Source of the DNA: Phaeosaccion multiseriatum
Taxonomy: Eukaryota > Protista > Ochrophyta, other classes
DNA: 64,000 bases
Assembly (NCBI GenBank): GCA_965112735.1
Contig: OZ218956.1
Coordinates: forward strand, 1,984,001 to 2,048,000
Direction of reading: 5' to 3'
The number at the start of each line of letters is the position of its first letter. The stretch's first letter is position 1. A program made the position numbers and the translations under genes. This document shows, in pieces, positions 49,997-62,176 of the stretch. The notes beneath the pieces were generated by a model. That model did no database searches and had not been told where the DNA came from. It saw nothing but the letters and a program-made list of their open reading frames with translations.

Positions 49997-51505
49997 ATGA
50001 ATAGCGGGGGTAGAGGAGGGGGGAGGGGTGGAGGAGGGAGGGGAGGGGGGAGGGGTAGAGGCCGAGGAGGAGAAAGCAGAGCGGCAAGGGGGAGAGGAGG
50101 AGGAGCGGGACGGGGCAGAGGAGGGGGATCCCCCTACAATTATGGGCCCAAGCTGGAGATCCACTACGATGAGGACGCCCGGAAAGAGTATCTCACGGGG
50201 TTTCACAAGAGGAAGCAGGAGAGGAGGAGGTTTGGGCTGGCTATGCAAAAGGTGGGTGAGGTATGGGTGTGTCGCAGAGGCGAGAGGAGCTGAGCGCTGG
50301 GGGGATGGGAAGCAGTGGGACGTGGAGGAAGGAATACAAACCACAGAAGGTGACTGCGTCAAGAGACGAAAGTGCAGAGGACAAAGGGGCCTCCGAGAGT
50401 ACGGGAAGGGAGCGCGCTGGACAAAAATCGATCTGATGGTGGGTTGTACCTCACGGCTCTGTTCTATCCATTCGCCCCGTTCTTCTTCAGATCAAGGATC
50501 GGAAGGAGCGATTGCAGGAGCGCAAGGATAGGAGGGACGTAAATGTAGACCGGCTTAAGGACCTGGGGCTAGACCTAGATGTAGACGCCTACGACCTGAA
50601 AAAGAAGAGGAAGGAGGAGACCAAAGCCTCCAACACGAAAGAGGTGAGCAAGCCAAAGGGTGCGGAGGGAGAACAAAGAGGATGGGACGGGTGTATCCGA
50701 GCCTCAGTTGCTCGATCCCCCCCTCCATTGGCGAAGCGCACAACCTTTGCACACACACTCTCTTACTGTCTTTTTTTTGTTTTGTGTCCTATCCTTCATT
50801 TCTCTGCCCCTGGTGTCCTTTGGGCTTTGTGCTCTTTGCTTATTGTTGGCTGTTGCTGTTGCTGCTGCTTTAGGTGGAATTCAACGACTTGCACACGCAA
50901 AGCATGTTCGGCCATCAGGTGACAGTCACCACTTCGGAGGGAATCATGGACGACAGCGACGGGGAGGAGGACGAAGAGGAGCTCAGGGAGCTGCGGGAGT
51001 ACAAGCGCGAGACCACTCGACCAGAGACGTGCGTTAGTCTGCTTGCCAATGGCCAGCTGTGCTGCTGTGATTCGGGACGGGGTCATGTTTTCGCTTTTGG
51101 GGAAAACAGTCCCCAGCTCTCAAAGGCTTTTCCCATCCCGGCATTGTGTTTTGTTTTGTCCCTGTCTGATCTTTCTCTCCCTCTCTCTCTCTCTATCTAT
51201 CTTTCGCTTCTCTCTGTCTCTCCACCCTTTTCCTTTCTTTCTCCTCTCAATTTGGCCCTTTCAGCAATAACTGGAGTCTCAAGGCCGTAACCGCCAAACT
51301 CGCCTCCAACATGCCCGCTTTGCACAAGAAGAAGGGCGAGGGAGAGCGCAGCACCAAGGCGAAGGGAGAGGCCCTACTTGCCAAGGCTCAGTTCAAGGTG
51401 GGAGGCTCCACCAAGGGCTTTCAGAAAGGCGCTGGCGTCAAAGGCGCCAAGGCGAGGAAGGAGAAAGGCAAAAAGGCACAATCAGCGGCCGCCAGGAAGA
51501 GATGA
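49997..51505 (+). CDS. NOL12: Nucleolar protein 12 / Nop25 / Rrp17 family with N-terminal RGG tract
   Basis: LEIHYDEDARKEYLTGFHKRKQERRR; second exon IKDRKERLQERKDRR; acidic VTVTT..DDSD segment; Lys-rich C-terminus. Confidence 0.85.
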
Positions 51506-52125
51506 AAAAGGCATGCGGGAGAGAGGGAGGGGAGAGGGAGAGAGAGTCCAGACTGGCACAGGAGAGAGACAGGGGGGCGAGAAAACAGGAGAAGGGCGCC
51601 CCGTTCGTCCGAGTGGTAGAGGCACTCAGATGACGGACTAACCGAGTGGGTGTCGCTGACTGGCGAGTGATGAGTGACCGCGAGACGAGGGCCCTCCCTC
51701 CCAAGACCACGCGATGGGAGTGCTCCCCTCCCCCGTCGTGGAGACGGGTGTGTGTGGCAGGCGATGGTGGCAGGGGGAGGTGGAGGGGACCTGACCTGTC
51801 ACCAGCCGTGGCCCCGCTAGCGTCGCCGTCTTTTGCGAGATGTTCCAAGGGAGGAAGCCACAGGCACTCTCTACGTGGCTGCTCTCCTTCCACGACGAGT
51901 CACGGGCCCAAGGTGCAGCACTATCCCATGGAGACCCTTGCAACAAGAACAACGACAACAGCCACTACTACGTGTACAAGGACCATCTCCCTCGGCCGAG
52001 GGGGGACACCTGCAATCAGTGTTGGGTATGTCTTGTTCTTCGAGCAGTCGTGTGTGAGCAACGATTTTGGGGCTCTCTGCCCTTCACAACGGGTGGGTAT
52101 TGGAGACACCACTAGCAGCACCACC

Positions 52126-52181
<56 letters not shown>

Positions 52182-52860
52182 TAGCACCACCACCAGCAGT
52201 CGTCGCAACAGCGGCATGCGCATTAGCATGAGATGGCCACCTTTGCGCCAGCTCCGCCCCGGTGTAGCTAAGGCATTTGTTTTGGACGCAGTGAGCACGC
52301 CGCCGCCCCGTGCTTTGCTGAGGAGGGTGGGCACGAGAGGGTGGGGCAAAGCTCAAAGACAGGCAAGACACATTGTACACCTTGTCCGGGAGGTATGGAA
52401 GAGGAGGAAGAGGAGCAGGAGGGCGAGGAGGAGGAGGAGGAGGAGGAGGAGGAGGAGGAGGAGGAGGCGGAGGAGGAGGAGGCGGAGGAGGAGGAGGAGG
52501 AGGAGGAGGAGGAGGAGGAGGAGGCGGAGGAGGAGGAGGAGGAGGAGGAGGAGGAGGAGGAGGCGGAGGAGGAGGAGGCGGCATCGGGGGGTGCATTAAC
52601 TGCTTTGCCTGATGGAAAGCTGAAGCGATGATTGTTTAGACGCCATGGGTCGTCCACACATTCATCGGCACACACCACAACTCGTGCTGACTGAGTTCTA
52701 CATGAGAGTTGGGCACCTGAATTTCAAGTAAACCGTCCGTCCGTTGGATGCTGTAAGGTCTCTCTCTCTCTCCGGCCCTCTCCACTCCTGAGCTGTACAG
52801 GTATCTATCTGACAACCTACCTACGGCCTGCATACCTATCTGTCTATCCGTCCATCCTAT

Positions 52861-54981
52861 CTATGTTCGGAAGGCCAGGCCTCTGCTCTGTAGTGTCTTG
52901 AATAGCTTGGCCAAGTCGTCAGGTGCGAGGTGTGAGGGCCTCACCCCCGCCACCTCAAGCTCTTCTAACACCTCCAGCACCAGCGCCTTCGCCCCACCTC
53001 CGTCGCCCTCCTCCTCCTCCTCGTCGTCGTCGTCATCGTCGTCGGCATCCTCCTCTTCGTCCTTGTCTGCCCTTCCTCCTGCCCCCCTCTGCGCCGCATC
53101 ATCCCGGCCCATCAGCTGCTGTATCATCAATTTCTGCAGCTGCTCCTCCTGCGCATGTTCCCCGTCCTGTATGTGCTTGCTGGTGTACCTCTGCACCTCC
53201 TCCTCCTCCTCCTCCTCTTCGCCCTCCTCTCCCTCACACGGTGACATGCCCCAAGCTCCCTCCGGTACGTCCTCTCTGAACAGAGCCCTTCGTCCCAGCA
53301 CGCCTCTGAGTTTCTTGTGCCTTGTGACAGAGTGGGAAGAATTGAAGAAACACGGTGGCACGGCAGGCAAGTCTTTGCATCAGTAGGTGGGTGTATGTAG
53401 GGTAGGCAAGAGAGAAGCAAGAGGGGAGGAAGCTGGCATAAACAGTTTCAGGCAACATGTTCTAAGATCCGCGGTGGACACGCCGTCTCTCCCCACACAA
53501 GGAAAAAGCCCTTCGCCCGTCTCCACCTCCCAACTCCCGTGGCTGACACACTCACACACACATATACACACTGACACACAGACACACACATACACACAAA
53601 TACACACACACACTCACACACAAGGACAGACAGACCTGCTTCTGAAGCACGTGCGCAGAAACGCCGAGAACTCCTTCGCCTCGGAAGGCGGGAGAATGGC
53701 GTCCGTCCTCGGCACAAAGCGCACAATCACAGAGCTGACTTTGGGCGGGGGCACGAAGGAGCCGGGCTTGACCTCTCGCACGAGCGTCATGGTCGTATAG
53801 CACTGGGACAGGACAGAGAGAGCCCCGTAGCGGCGCTTCCGGGGCACACTCACGAGCTTTTGGGCAAAGTCCAGTTGCAGCATCATCACTGCTCTCTTGT
53901 ACGCCGCGGCTGCTGCTGGCGTCGCCCTTGCTGCTTTTGCTACCGTCGTCCCAGTGTTTGCTATTGTAAGCCCAATGAGCCTCTCCAGGAGCTTGGTGCT
54001 GATGTGGTACGGAGTGTTGGACAGCCAAATGTCAAAGGCCGGCAGAGGCTGCATCTTGAGGGCATTGGCGTGTACCACCCGCACCTCCGTTCGCCTGCTC
54101 GACTCCTGGTGCTGCTGCTGCTCCTCCTCCTGTTGGTGCGGTTCAACGTTCCTCGCCACCGCTTTGTCCTTCTTCTTCATCTTCTCCTCCTCTTCGTCCC
54201 GGTGATCTTTCAGCCTCTTGTTGAGACAGTCCACCATCTCGATGTCAATCTCTACCGCTACGATTTCGCGAGCCTTGTTCCTCTTGAGAGCCTCAATGGT
54301 CAGATTCCCCGTCCCTGGCCCGACCTCCAGCACGGTCTGGCCCTCCTCCACCCCCGCAGCATCAATCATGGCGTTGAGAATGAAAGGATTAGGGAGAAGG
54401 TGCTGGCTCAGGTTGTTCTTCAGTCGGACCCCCCGAGCGAAGTGCCGAAGGGCTGCTCGAGAATCCATCCCTCCTGGACTCAGAGGCGTGGATTTTTTCT
54501 TGTTGGCCTTAGCACCCCCCTTCCCATTCGCCGCCTTCCCCTTTCCCTTTGGTGGGACTTGAGGTGCGGCCTGGGACGTGGGTGTTCTTTGAGGCCTTTT
54601 CATGGACTTTGGGGCCTTGCTCTTTGCTGCCGTCCATGTATTTCCGGCCCACTCCCCTCTACTGCTGCTGCTATTATCGCTTCTACTGCTACTTCCCTTC
54701 TGTCCCCTACTTCTACGAGCGCCGGAGCCAGAGCTCCAAGAGCCTCCTCCGGCTGCTGCAGCTGGCGCTGATGCTATCGCACTACTACTAGTGAACCCCC
54801 TCCCCCCTCTCCCCAGAGAATCATTGCAGTAGCAGTGACAGTTACTCCGGGGCCGGAGCCGGCGCCGACAAGGGGAGAAGCGAACAGAGGAAGGAGTGTG
54901 ACGATGTAGAGCGCTCGTTGTGGAACGCTGGCTGCATCCCCTCCTCAAAGCTCTCAGCACCACTAACGCACCCACATTCAT
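52861..54981 (-). CDS. KsgA/Dim1 family rRNA adenine dimethyltransferase, probably mitochondrial; one intron about 53635-53326
   Basis: LSQHLL, VLEVGPGTGNLT, VEID, SNTPYHIST, MLQ.DFA, YGALSV, SFVPPPKVSS, CF.SR|HKKLR; Arg/Ser-rich, acid-poor N-terminal extension. Confidence 0.88.
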
Positions 54982-55137
54982 TATTCCAGGGCTAGTGCTT
55001 CTGCTGCTGCCTGCTGCTGATTGCAATTTTCGAACCTTGGGTATTTTTGGGGGAGGGCAAGGGTACTTAAAAAAAACAACTAATTGTGGGGGACTTTATT
55101 GACTTAATAGGAATCACCTAAGAAACTGAAAGTGTGA

Positions 55138-55177
<40 letters not shown>

Positions 55178-57042
55178 GTGTCGCTGTGTCTCCGGGGCCC
55201 TCGAGGGGCCGGTTACTCCCCCTCAAGGGCGGGGAGGGGGAGTGCGGGACCGGCTCCGCGGTTGAGCCGACCCAGGAAGGCGCGCTCCCGCTCCGAGAGC
55301 CACATCTGGTGGCTGCAGCTGACGAGGCGGCGTAGCCTTGTCAGGACGTGGCCCTTGGTGGTGGAGGAGCCCGTGCGGCCAGTGCGGGTGACCACGTGCT
55401 CGGCGAGTGCGTGCAGGAGCGATTGCGCCTGTGCGCCGAGTCGGCCGTGGGTCTCGATGGCGAAGGTGGAGAGGCGAACACGCTCTCGGTCGTAGGTGCC
55501 CCTGTAATGTCGCTCCTTGCGGGTCTCGCTGTTGGCGGCTGCCGCTCCCGGTCTAATGTCCGTGCGGAGCACATTCAAGGCCGTCCTGCAGAGGTTGTTA
55601 CTCAGGGTTAGGTCAAGCATGTGCGCCGGGTGGGCAAAGGTTGGGTCGCGGGCTCCGGAGAGGGCGCCTCGGGGGAGGGTGGCGTCCATGCGGAAGGTCC
55701 GGGCGATGTTGTGCGGGGGGTTGAAGTACTCCGAGCTCTCGTGTCCGACGCGGGAAACGTAGTTCTGCTTGAACATGTCCTCGACGGAGGAGAGCATCCC
55801 GGTGTGATAGAGAGTGCTCTGGTTGGGGCACTGGATGGCGTGAGAGGAGTCGGCGCGTGTGTTGCAGCGGGTGCAGACAAGTGCGTCGGGTTCCCCAGGG
55901 CTGTACAGGCAGTTGATGCCGAGGGAGCGTCGTAGGGCCCCTACCATGTCTTGGGCCGGCATGGAGACCTGTCCAGGTGAGGTGGCGATGAAGCCCATGG
56001 CCCCGTCGCTGCTCTGGCTCAGGTGCCGAGACTTGGCCTGTCGGCGAGACTCCATGCCGGTATCGGCAGCAGCAGCGTCGTCGGGGAGTCGGTCCAGTGA
56101 GGCGCGGTACTTGTCCCGGCGTTGCGGCGCTAGGCATCTCTGCAGGGCGCGCTGCGTCTGCTGCTGCGGGGCCCAGTTGCCCTGGGCGAGGCTGGTGTCG
56201 AAGGCGTCCTCGGCTCGTTGGCGGTCCGCTGCTGAGGTGAGCGCGAGGTTGACCAGGGGGAGGGGGAGATTCATCTCCAGGTCTTGTCGGGAGAGGGTCC
56301 CGTCTTCGGCGGCGGCCTGGATGGTGGTGAGGATGTTTTGGACGGAGCTACTCTGGCGGAGGGCTGGGGCGAGGTCGCGTAGGTCCGCCTCTGGCCAGAT
56401 GGCTCCCGGTGTGAGCACTGACTGGAGGGTGTCGGCAGCTGCGCCCAGGTAGGCTGGTATGGCGGTGTTGGTGAGGGAGAGGGAGCCCCAACCTCCTTGG
56501 GACTGGGGAAGGAACATCTGTTGGTGCTGGTGTGAGGCGAGCTGAAGGTGCGACAGTCGGTCCGAGGGTGCGCTGGCGATGATGTCTCCGATGGTGTCCG
56601 CTCCTGGGAGTTGGAGTAGGGCCTCTCCGACGGCGAGGCTGAGGGCGTCGCCGGGGGAGGCAATGGTGTTGGTCGTCTGGCCGGGGGCGGCACCGCGCAG
56701 ATAGTGCTGGAGTTTTGGCGAGAGTGACTTCGTGAGCAGGAGGAGGGCGGGTTGTGTCTCCTGCATGAGGGCGATCTGCTCGGCGAGGTTTAGGAAGGCG
56801 TGTCTGTCGGGTCCGTCCACCATGAGTTGGGAGAGGTAACCTCTGATGAAGTCGTCTTGGCCGACTGGGAGGCCGACAATGCTCAAGCCGCCGTCCTCGA
56901 TGATGGTGCCGCCGGTGCGGTCCACAAAGGCGCGCTCTTCCATGGTGACGTGGTGGCCAGGGGGGGGGAGGTATCGTTGCTTGTCCGTGCGGCGGGTGAG
57001 GCCGATGGAGGCGAGGTCGGTGGTGACGGTGTCGAGAGTGGG

Positions 57043-58754
57043 TGTTGAAAGTCAGTATTATGTCAATGGCCCAGGCCCAGGCAAATACGGTGAGAAACGG
57101 TGCGTGGCCCGTTTCTCACTCACCTCCCAGCAGGTTGGTCGTTTAGGATGGCTCACGGATAAAGCTAATAGAGACAAGGCTGGCTGCCAGGCTGGCTTTG
57201 GGGTTGCTATTACCTTGTCCATGCGGCTACTCCTATCCTAGGTGGAGAGCAACGTGACTCTTTACAACCCCAAAGAATCCCGAAGGCAGCTGACCTTGGC
57301 CAAGAGGCTCAGGCAGCAGCTCGGTAGCTTTGAGTTTGCCGGGAGCGGTGCCTTACAGCGGGCATGGCTTTCGAGTGTGGCAGCAGTACGGATGTTGCTG
57401 TTACACGGAAATTGCTGCTGGAGCTTGGTGGGCAGTGGAGATGGAGAATTGCCGGGAGCGGTGCCTTACAGCGGGCATGGCTTTCGAGTGTGGCAGCAGC
57501 ACGGATGTTGCTGTTACACGGAAATTGCTGCTGGAGCTTGGTGGGCCGTGGAGATAGAGAATTGCCGGGAGCGGTGCCTTACAGCGGGCACGGCTTTCGA
57601 GTGTGGCAGCAGCACGGATGTTGCTGTTACACGGAAATTGCTGCTGGAGCTTGGTGGGCAGTGGAGATGGAGAATTGCCGGGAGCGGTGCCTTACAGCGG
57701 GCATGGCTTTCGAGTGTGGCAGCAGCACGGATGTTGCTGTTACACGGAAATTGCTGCTGGAGCTTGGTGGGCCGTGGAGATAGAGAATTGCCGGGAGCGG
57801 TGCCTTACAGCGGGCACGGCTTTCGAGTGTGGCAGCAGCACGGATGTTGCTGTTGCACGGAAATTGCTGCTGGAGCTTGATGGGCCGTGGAGATAGAGAA
57901 TTGCCGGGAGTGGTGCCTTAGTCAGCGGGCATGGCTTTCGAGTGTGGCAGCAGCACGGATGTTGCTGTTGCACGGAAATTGCTGCTGGAGCTTGGTGGGC
58001 CGTGGAGATAGAGAATTGCCGAGAGCGGTGCCCTACAGCGGGCACGGCTTTCGAGTGTGGCAGCAGCGCGGCTGTTGCTGTTGCACGGAGCTTGGCGGGA
58101 GACAGAGAAGGATACTCGCAAGGCTGCTTTAGGGACTGTCTGGGTGCCTTGTAGGCACACCAGTAAACACTTGAGCAGTCAGCATTAGTGGTGCGCAACG
58201 AGGCTTTGGCAACGCTGGTGGCGAGTAGGAGTGGAGATAGAGAATTGCGCGGGTGAGTTTGAGTCATGGGATGTTCTCATCCGTGAGCCTGTGTGGGTGA
58301 GTTTGAGTCGTGGGGTTTTCTCACCAATACAGGAGGGTGTGTGTTGGAGGAGCGGTCGCACACACCTGGGTGAGTTTTGCATATTTCTCATCCGTTTTTA
58401 TTGGAAGCAACATGGAGGCTTTTGCTACAAGTCGAGCTTTAGTAGGCGAACCCGCTTTGAGTTGCGTGGGGACACGCAATAGTTTAGTTCAGGGGGATGT
58501 TAGAAGTGCAGGGATGGCTGACGGGGATGTTGAAAGTCAGTATTATGTCAATGGCCCAGGCCCAGGCAAATACGGTGAGAAACGGTGCGTGGCCCGTTTC
58601 TCACTCACCTCCCAGCAGGTTGGTCGTTTAGGATGGCTCACGGATAAAGCTAATAGAGACAAGGCTGGCTGCCAGGCTGGCTTTGGGGTTGCTAATACCT
58701 TATCCATGCGGCTACTCCTATCCTAGGTGGAGAGCAACGTGACTCTTTACAACC
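57043..58754 (+). mobile_element. Non-autonomous LTR element (TRIM/LARD-like): 227-bp LTRs at 57043-57269 and 58528-58754, 4-bp TSD TGGG
   Basis: LTRs differ at 2 positions seen by eye; TGGG at 57039-57042 and 58755-58758, with a single TGGG in the empty site of copy 1 (about 49345); purine tract GACGGGGA before the 3' LTR; no gag/pol. Confidence 0.9.
57336..58090. repeat. About 6.6 x 113-bp tandem array inside the LTR element
   Basis: Units start at 57338, 57451, 57564, 57677, 57790, 57903, 58018; GGCAGTGGAGATGG and GGCCGTGGAGATAG variants in order A-B-A-B-B-B. Confidence 0.95.
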
Positions 58755-61541
58755 TGGGCTCGAAGTCGGCGAGGTTGCCGCGCCAGGGGTGGACGAAGTC
58801 GTCCTGGTAGGCCCGGGGTGCGGGGATGCCCTCCTGACGGGCCTCGTTGGTCCACTTCTGTTGGAGGGGGTAGAGTGCGCAGCAGAAGTTCTTGCTGGCC
58901 TCGGGGTCGCCTTGTCCGCCGCTGCCGCGGTTGGTGCGTAGCAGCTGGTTGCCGTCGTCAGACAGGTAGATGAGGTCGCGGTCCTTCCCAAGGGCGGCGA
59001 TGTTGTGCTCGATGCCACGGGGGTCGACGAGGGCGGTTCCCGTGAGCGTGGCCGCGGTTGTGACTTCGTTATGGGCGTTGCGGAGGTCGCTGGTAGCGAC
59101 CCAGTAGCCCATGTCGTGGAGCAGTTGGGCGGATTTGGCGACTTTCTCCGTGCCGTTCTTCGTCGCGACGCCAAGCTGGCCGACGCTCTCGAATGCCTCC
59201 TGGTAGGCGGGCTTGTAGTGGATGCCGTGGGTGGAGTGAAAGAGGCGGGTGAGCGTCTCCTTTACGGCGATGGGGCGTCGTTTCTCGCCGAGAGCGTCGA
59301 GGCAGGCATGGGTGAAGAGGCCGTGGAAGTACTCCGGGAGTTTGCCCAAGGACTCGTGGGCAAGGGGGAACTCGTTGACAAGGAGGAGGAGGAGGTCGGT
59401 GCTGTGGGCGGGGTCTTGAAGCATGTCCTTCAGGTGGGAGTAGCGGAGGCCTGAGGGGCCTGGTCCCGAGTGCCAGTTGGCGTTGATGAGTGCCTGCCGG
59501 ATGACTCTGCGGTGGTCGGCGTTGTTGGGCTTAGCGTAGCGGCCGGGGTGTGCGGCGATGGTCCGTTGTGCGGTGGCGCGTGCGGAGGTGATGACCTCTT
59601 GCAGGGTTTCCGGGGCTGGCTCGCGTGGGTGCTTGGCGGCGAGGATGTCGAAGGTGGCCTGGTTGCGGGGGGGTTGATGCTCTGTCGAGGAGAGCGCGCT
59701 GGCTGCCTTGCTGATGCCTCCGGGTCGTGCGGTGAGTCCGGCAGCCCACGATCGTTTGGCTGCATCCGAGCGCACGGGGTCTTGTCGGGGGCGGCGGGCT
59801 TGGGCGTTTGCGATGAGCCTGCGAACGTGCTCCTCAATGACGAGGTTGTAGACGTCGTTGGCCATTTGGGCGCGTGAGTACTTGGGGGCGTGGCCGAGGA
59901 TGAGGGCGGGGAGGAGTTGCCGAAAGTTGAGCCAGGCCCGAGCGGTGTTCCATGCGTCCTCTGGGGCAGCCGGTTCCAGGGCGGCGCGGATGGAGGTGAT
60001 GAGTTGCCGGCCGATGTGGAGGTAGAAGGTGGCGAAGTGGAGGTTCTTGTGGAGGTGTTTGACAGTGGGGAAGACGAGTCCTTTGAGGTCGTATTGTGCC
60101 AATCCTTGGATCGTTGGGTGCTCCGAGGTCCAGTGTGGGAGGGGTAGGGGGGGGGGGTCTGCGCCGGGGTCCGGCGCGGGGTCCCTTGCGTCCTCACCAG
60201 GAGGTGGCGCCGGTCCGCCTCCTGCGCCGGGTAGCTGTCGTCGGTGGTGGTCGATGACGCCGGTGGTGATGGCGTCCAGTTCCCGTGCGAGTTGGGCGTG
60301 CTGTTCCGGTGTGAAGCCGTGAGTGGCGAGCCGGTTGGCGTAGTGGGTCCTGATGTTGTCGACGGTGGTGAGCGGCGGGAAGCGAGTGGGGCAGGGCTCG
60401 TTTCCGGCGCGTTGTTCAAGGATGCTGATGCAGCGGAGTCGGCCGTGGGCGTCAAGGTGAAGGTCTTGCAGGGCGGGGGTGGCCACCCTGTCGGCCATGC
60501 TGCCCGCCTGACAGCGGGGGTGAAAGGTGTGGCCGCAGGGGTAGGAGATCGCCTCTCCTGCAGGGATGGCTTCGGCACAGATGTGGCAGATCTGGCGTGC
60601 CGGGTCGCGCGGGGGGCCAGGTGGTGGGGCCGCAAGGCGGTTGGTAAGGCGGTTGGCCAGGCGTGTAGCAGTGTCCTCCGGGAGGCGGGAGATGAGGGCC
60701 TCGTGGGTTTCCGAGCTGCGGCAGTAGGCGCAGTCGGAGCTGGTGGGGAAGTGCGGTGGATCCGTAGCGTTGTGGAAGATGGCGTCGGAGATGCAGTCCG
60801 CGTGAGCTGGATGGGGGTGCTGTGCGCAAGCGTGGAAGGGAGCGGTGGGCGCGCTGTTGAGTGGCTCTAGGCAGTACAGGCAGCGGTCCTGGCCATCGTC
60901 CTCAGGGGGGTCTTGGTCGTCGTTGTCGTCCGGGTCCTCATGGGGTGGGGTTCCGGGGGGGCTACCGGGGGGCGAGGCGGGGGGGCTGGGGGGTGGGCTG
61001 GCTGGCGGCCCTCCTGGAGGGGGTCCTCCCCCTGGCCCATGGGGGGGGGAGGGTGGGGGGCTGTCCGTGGGGTCGTTGCGTGGGGATGTGGTTGTTCCGT
61101 CCGGTGGTGATTGTCGGGGGGGCTCTGGGGGCGATGGTGGGGCCATGGGTGGTGCTGGGGGGTCGGGGTCGTCCTCCTTGCTCTCGTGGGGGTGTGTATC
61201 CTCTTGCTTGGACTCCTCCTCCTCTGCCTCGTCTCTCTGGCTCGTGGCACAGGTGCTGCACGTGCCTGGTTGGTTGGAGACGGTGGCGCTGTAGTTGTTG
61301 CAGGTGGAGCATGCGTAGGTGGGGCGGGGTGAGGCGCGGGAGCGTTGGGAGCGGAGGGCCTGCGCGGTCTCTAGGGCGCTGAGGACGGCCGGCTCCTGTG
61401 TCTGGAGGTAGACCTCGTAGGCGCGGGCTTGGTTGGGGTGCCAGTGGCGTTGGTGGTCGTTGACGTTGCGGCGTGCGTGAAATCCGAGGGGCACCGGTAG
61501 GTGACGGGGGCAGTTTTGGAAGCGGCAGTGGAACACCGTGG

Positions 61542-62176
61542 TGTAAGAAGGCATCCTTTTGCTAGGCTGGCAGCTATCCACTGAATATTCACGGGGGTAG
61601 CTGCCAGCCTAGCAAAAGGATGCCTTCTTACATGCCTGTCAGTTAAGGTCGATCCTTCCCCCCCCTCCGAAAACTCCTCCGAAAACCTTGGGGGGGTAAC
61701 TACCTAGGATTTCTCCCACACCGAGCCCGTGAATTTCAGTGTCATGCCCAACTTTCGCCCTCGGAAATTTTCTCACCATCCTCAGAATCGAACCCCGTCT
61801 GGGATGTAAGAAGGCATCCTTTTGCTAGGTTGACAGCTATCCACTGAAATTTCACGCACGGATTCAGTGGATAGCTGCCAGCCTAGCAAAAGGATGCTTT
61901 CTTACATGCCCAGACGGGGTTCGATTCTGTGGATGGTGAGAAAATTTCCGAGGGCGAAAGTTGGGCATGACACTGAAATTCGAGGTAACGGGCTCGGTGT
62001 GGGAGAAATCCTAGGTAGTTACCCCCCCAAGGTTTTCGGAGGAGTTTTCGGAGGGGGGGGAAGGATCGACCTTAACTGACAGGCATGTAAGAAGGCATCC
62101 TTTTGCTAGGCTGGCAGCTACCCCCGTGAATATTCAGTGGATAGCTGCCAGCCTAGCAAAAGGATGCCTTCTTACA
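61542..62176. mobile_element. 635-bp palindromic non-coding element with TGT...ACA ends, 4-bp TSD GTGG and three internal hairpins
   Basis: GTGG at 61538-61541 and 62177-62180; the 35-bp motif TGTAAGAAGGCATCCTTTTGCTAGGCTGGCAGCTA occurs 6 times in alternating orientation; removal restores the host ORF. Confidence 0.92.

Noticed and set aside
51646-52680. ORFs between NOL12 and the KsgA/Dim1 gene
   Set aside because: Dominated by GGA/GCA microsatellites with no recognisable motif in any frame; left uncalled, though a small gene cannot be excluded.
57336-58090. Regular repeats as a possible CRISPR array (also considered for the 105-bp and 38-bp repeats)
   Set aside because: Units are contiguous with no unique spacers, there are no cas genes, and the context is eukaryotic.
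61542-61581. Start MDSCQPSKRMPSY of the 944-aa ORF, and the 70-aa ORF at 61867
   Set aside because: These residues come from the inserted palindromic element; the native frame continues at 62177-62377.
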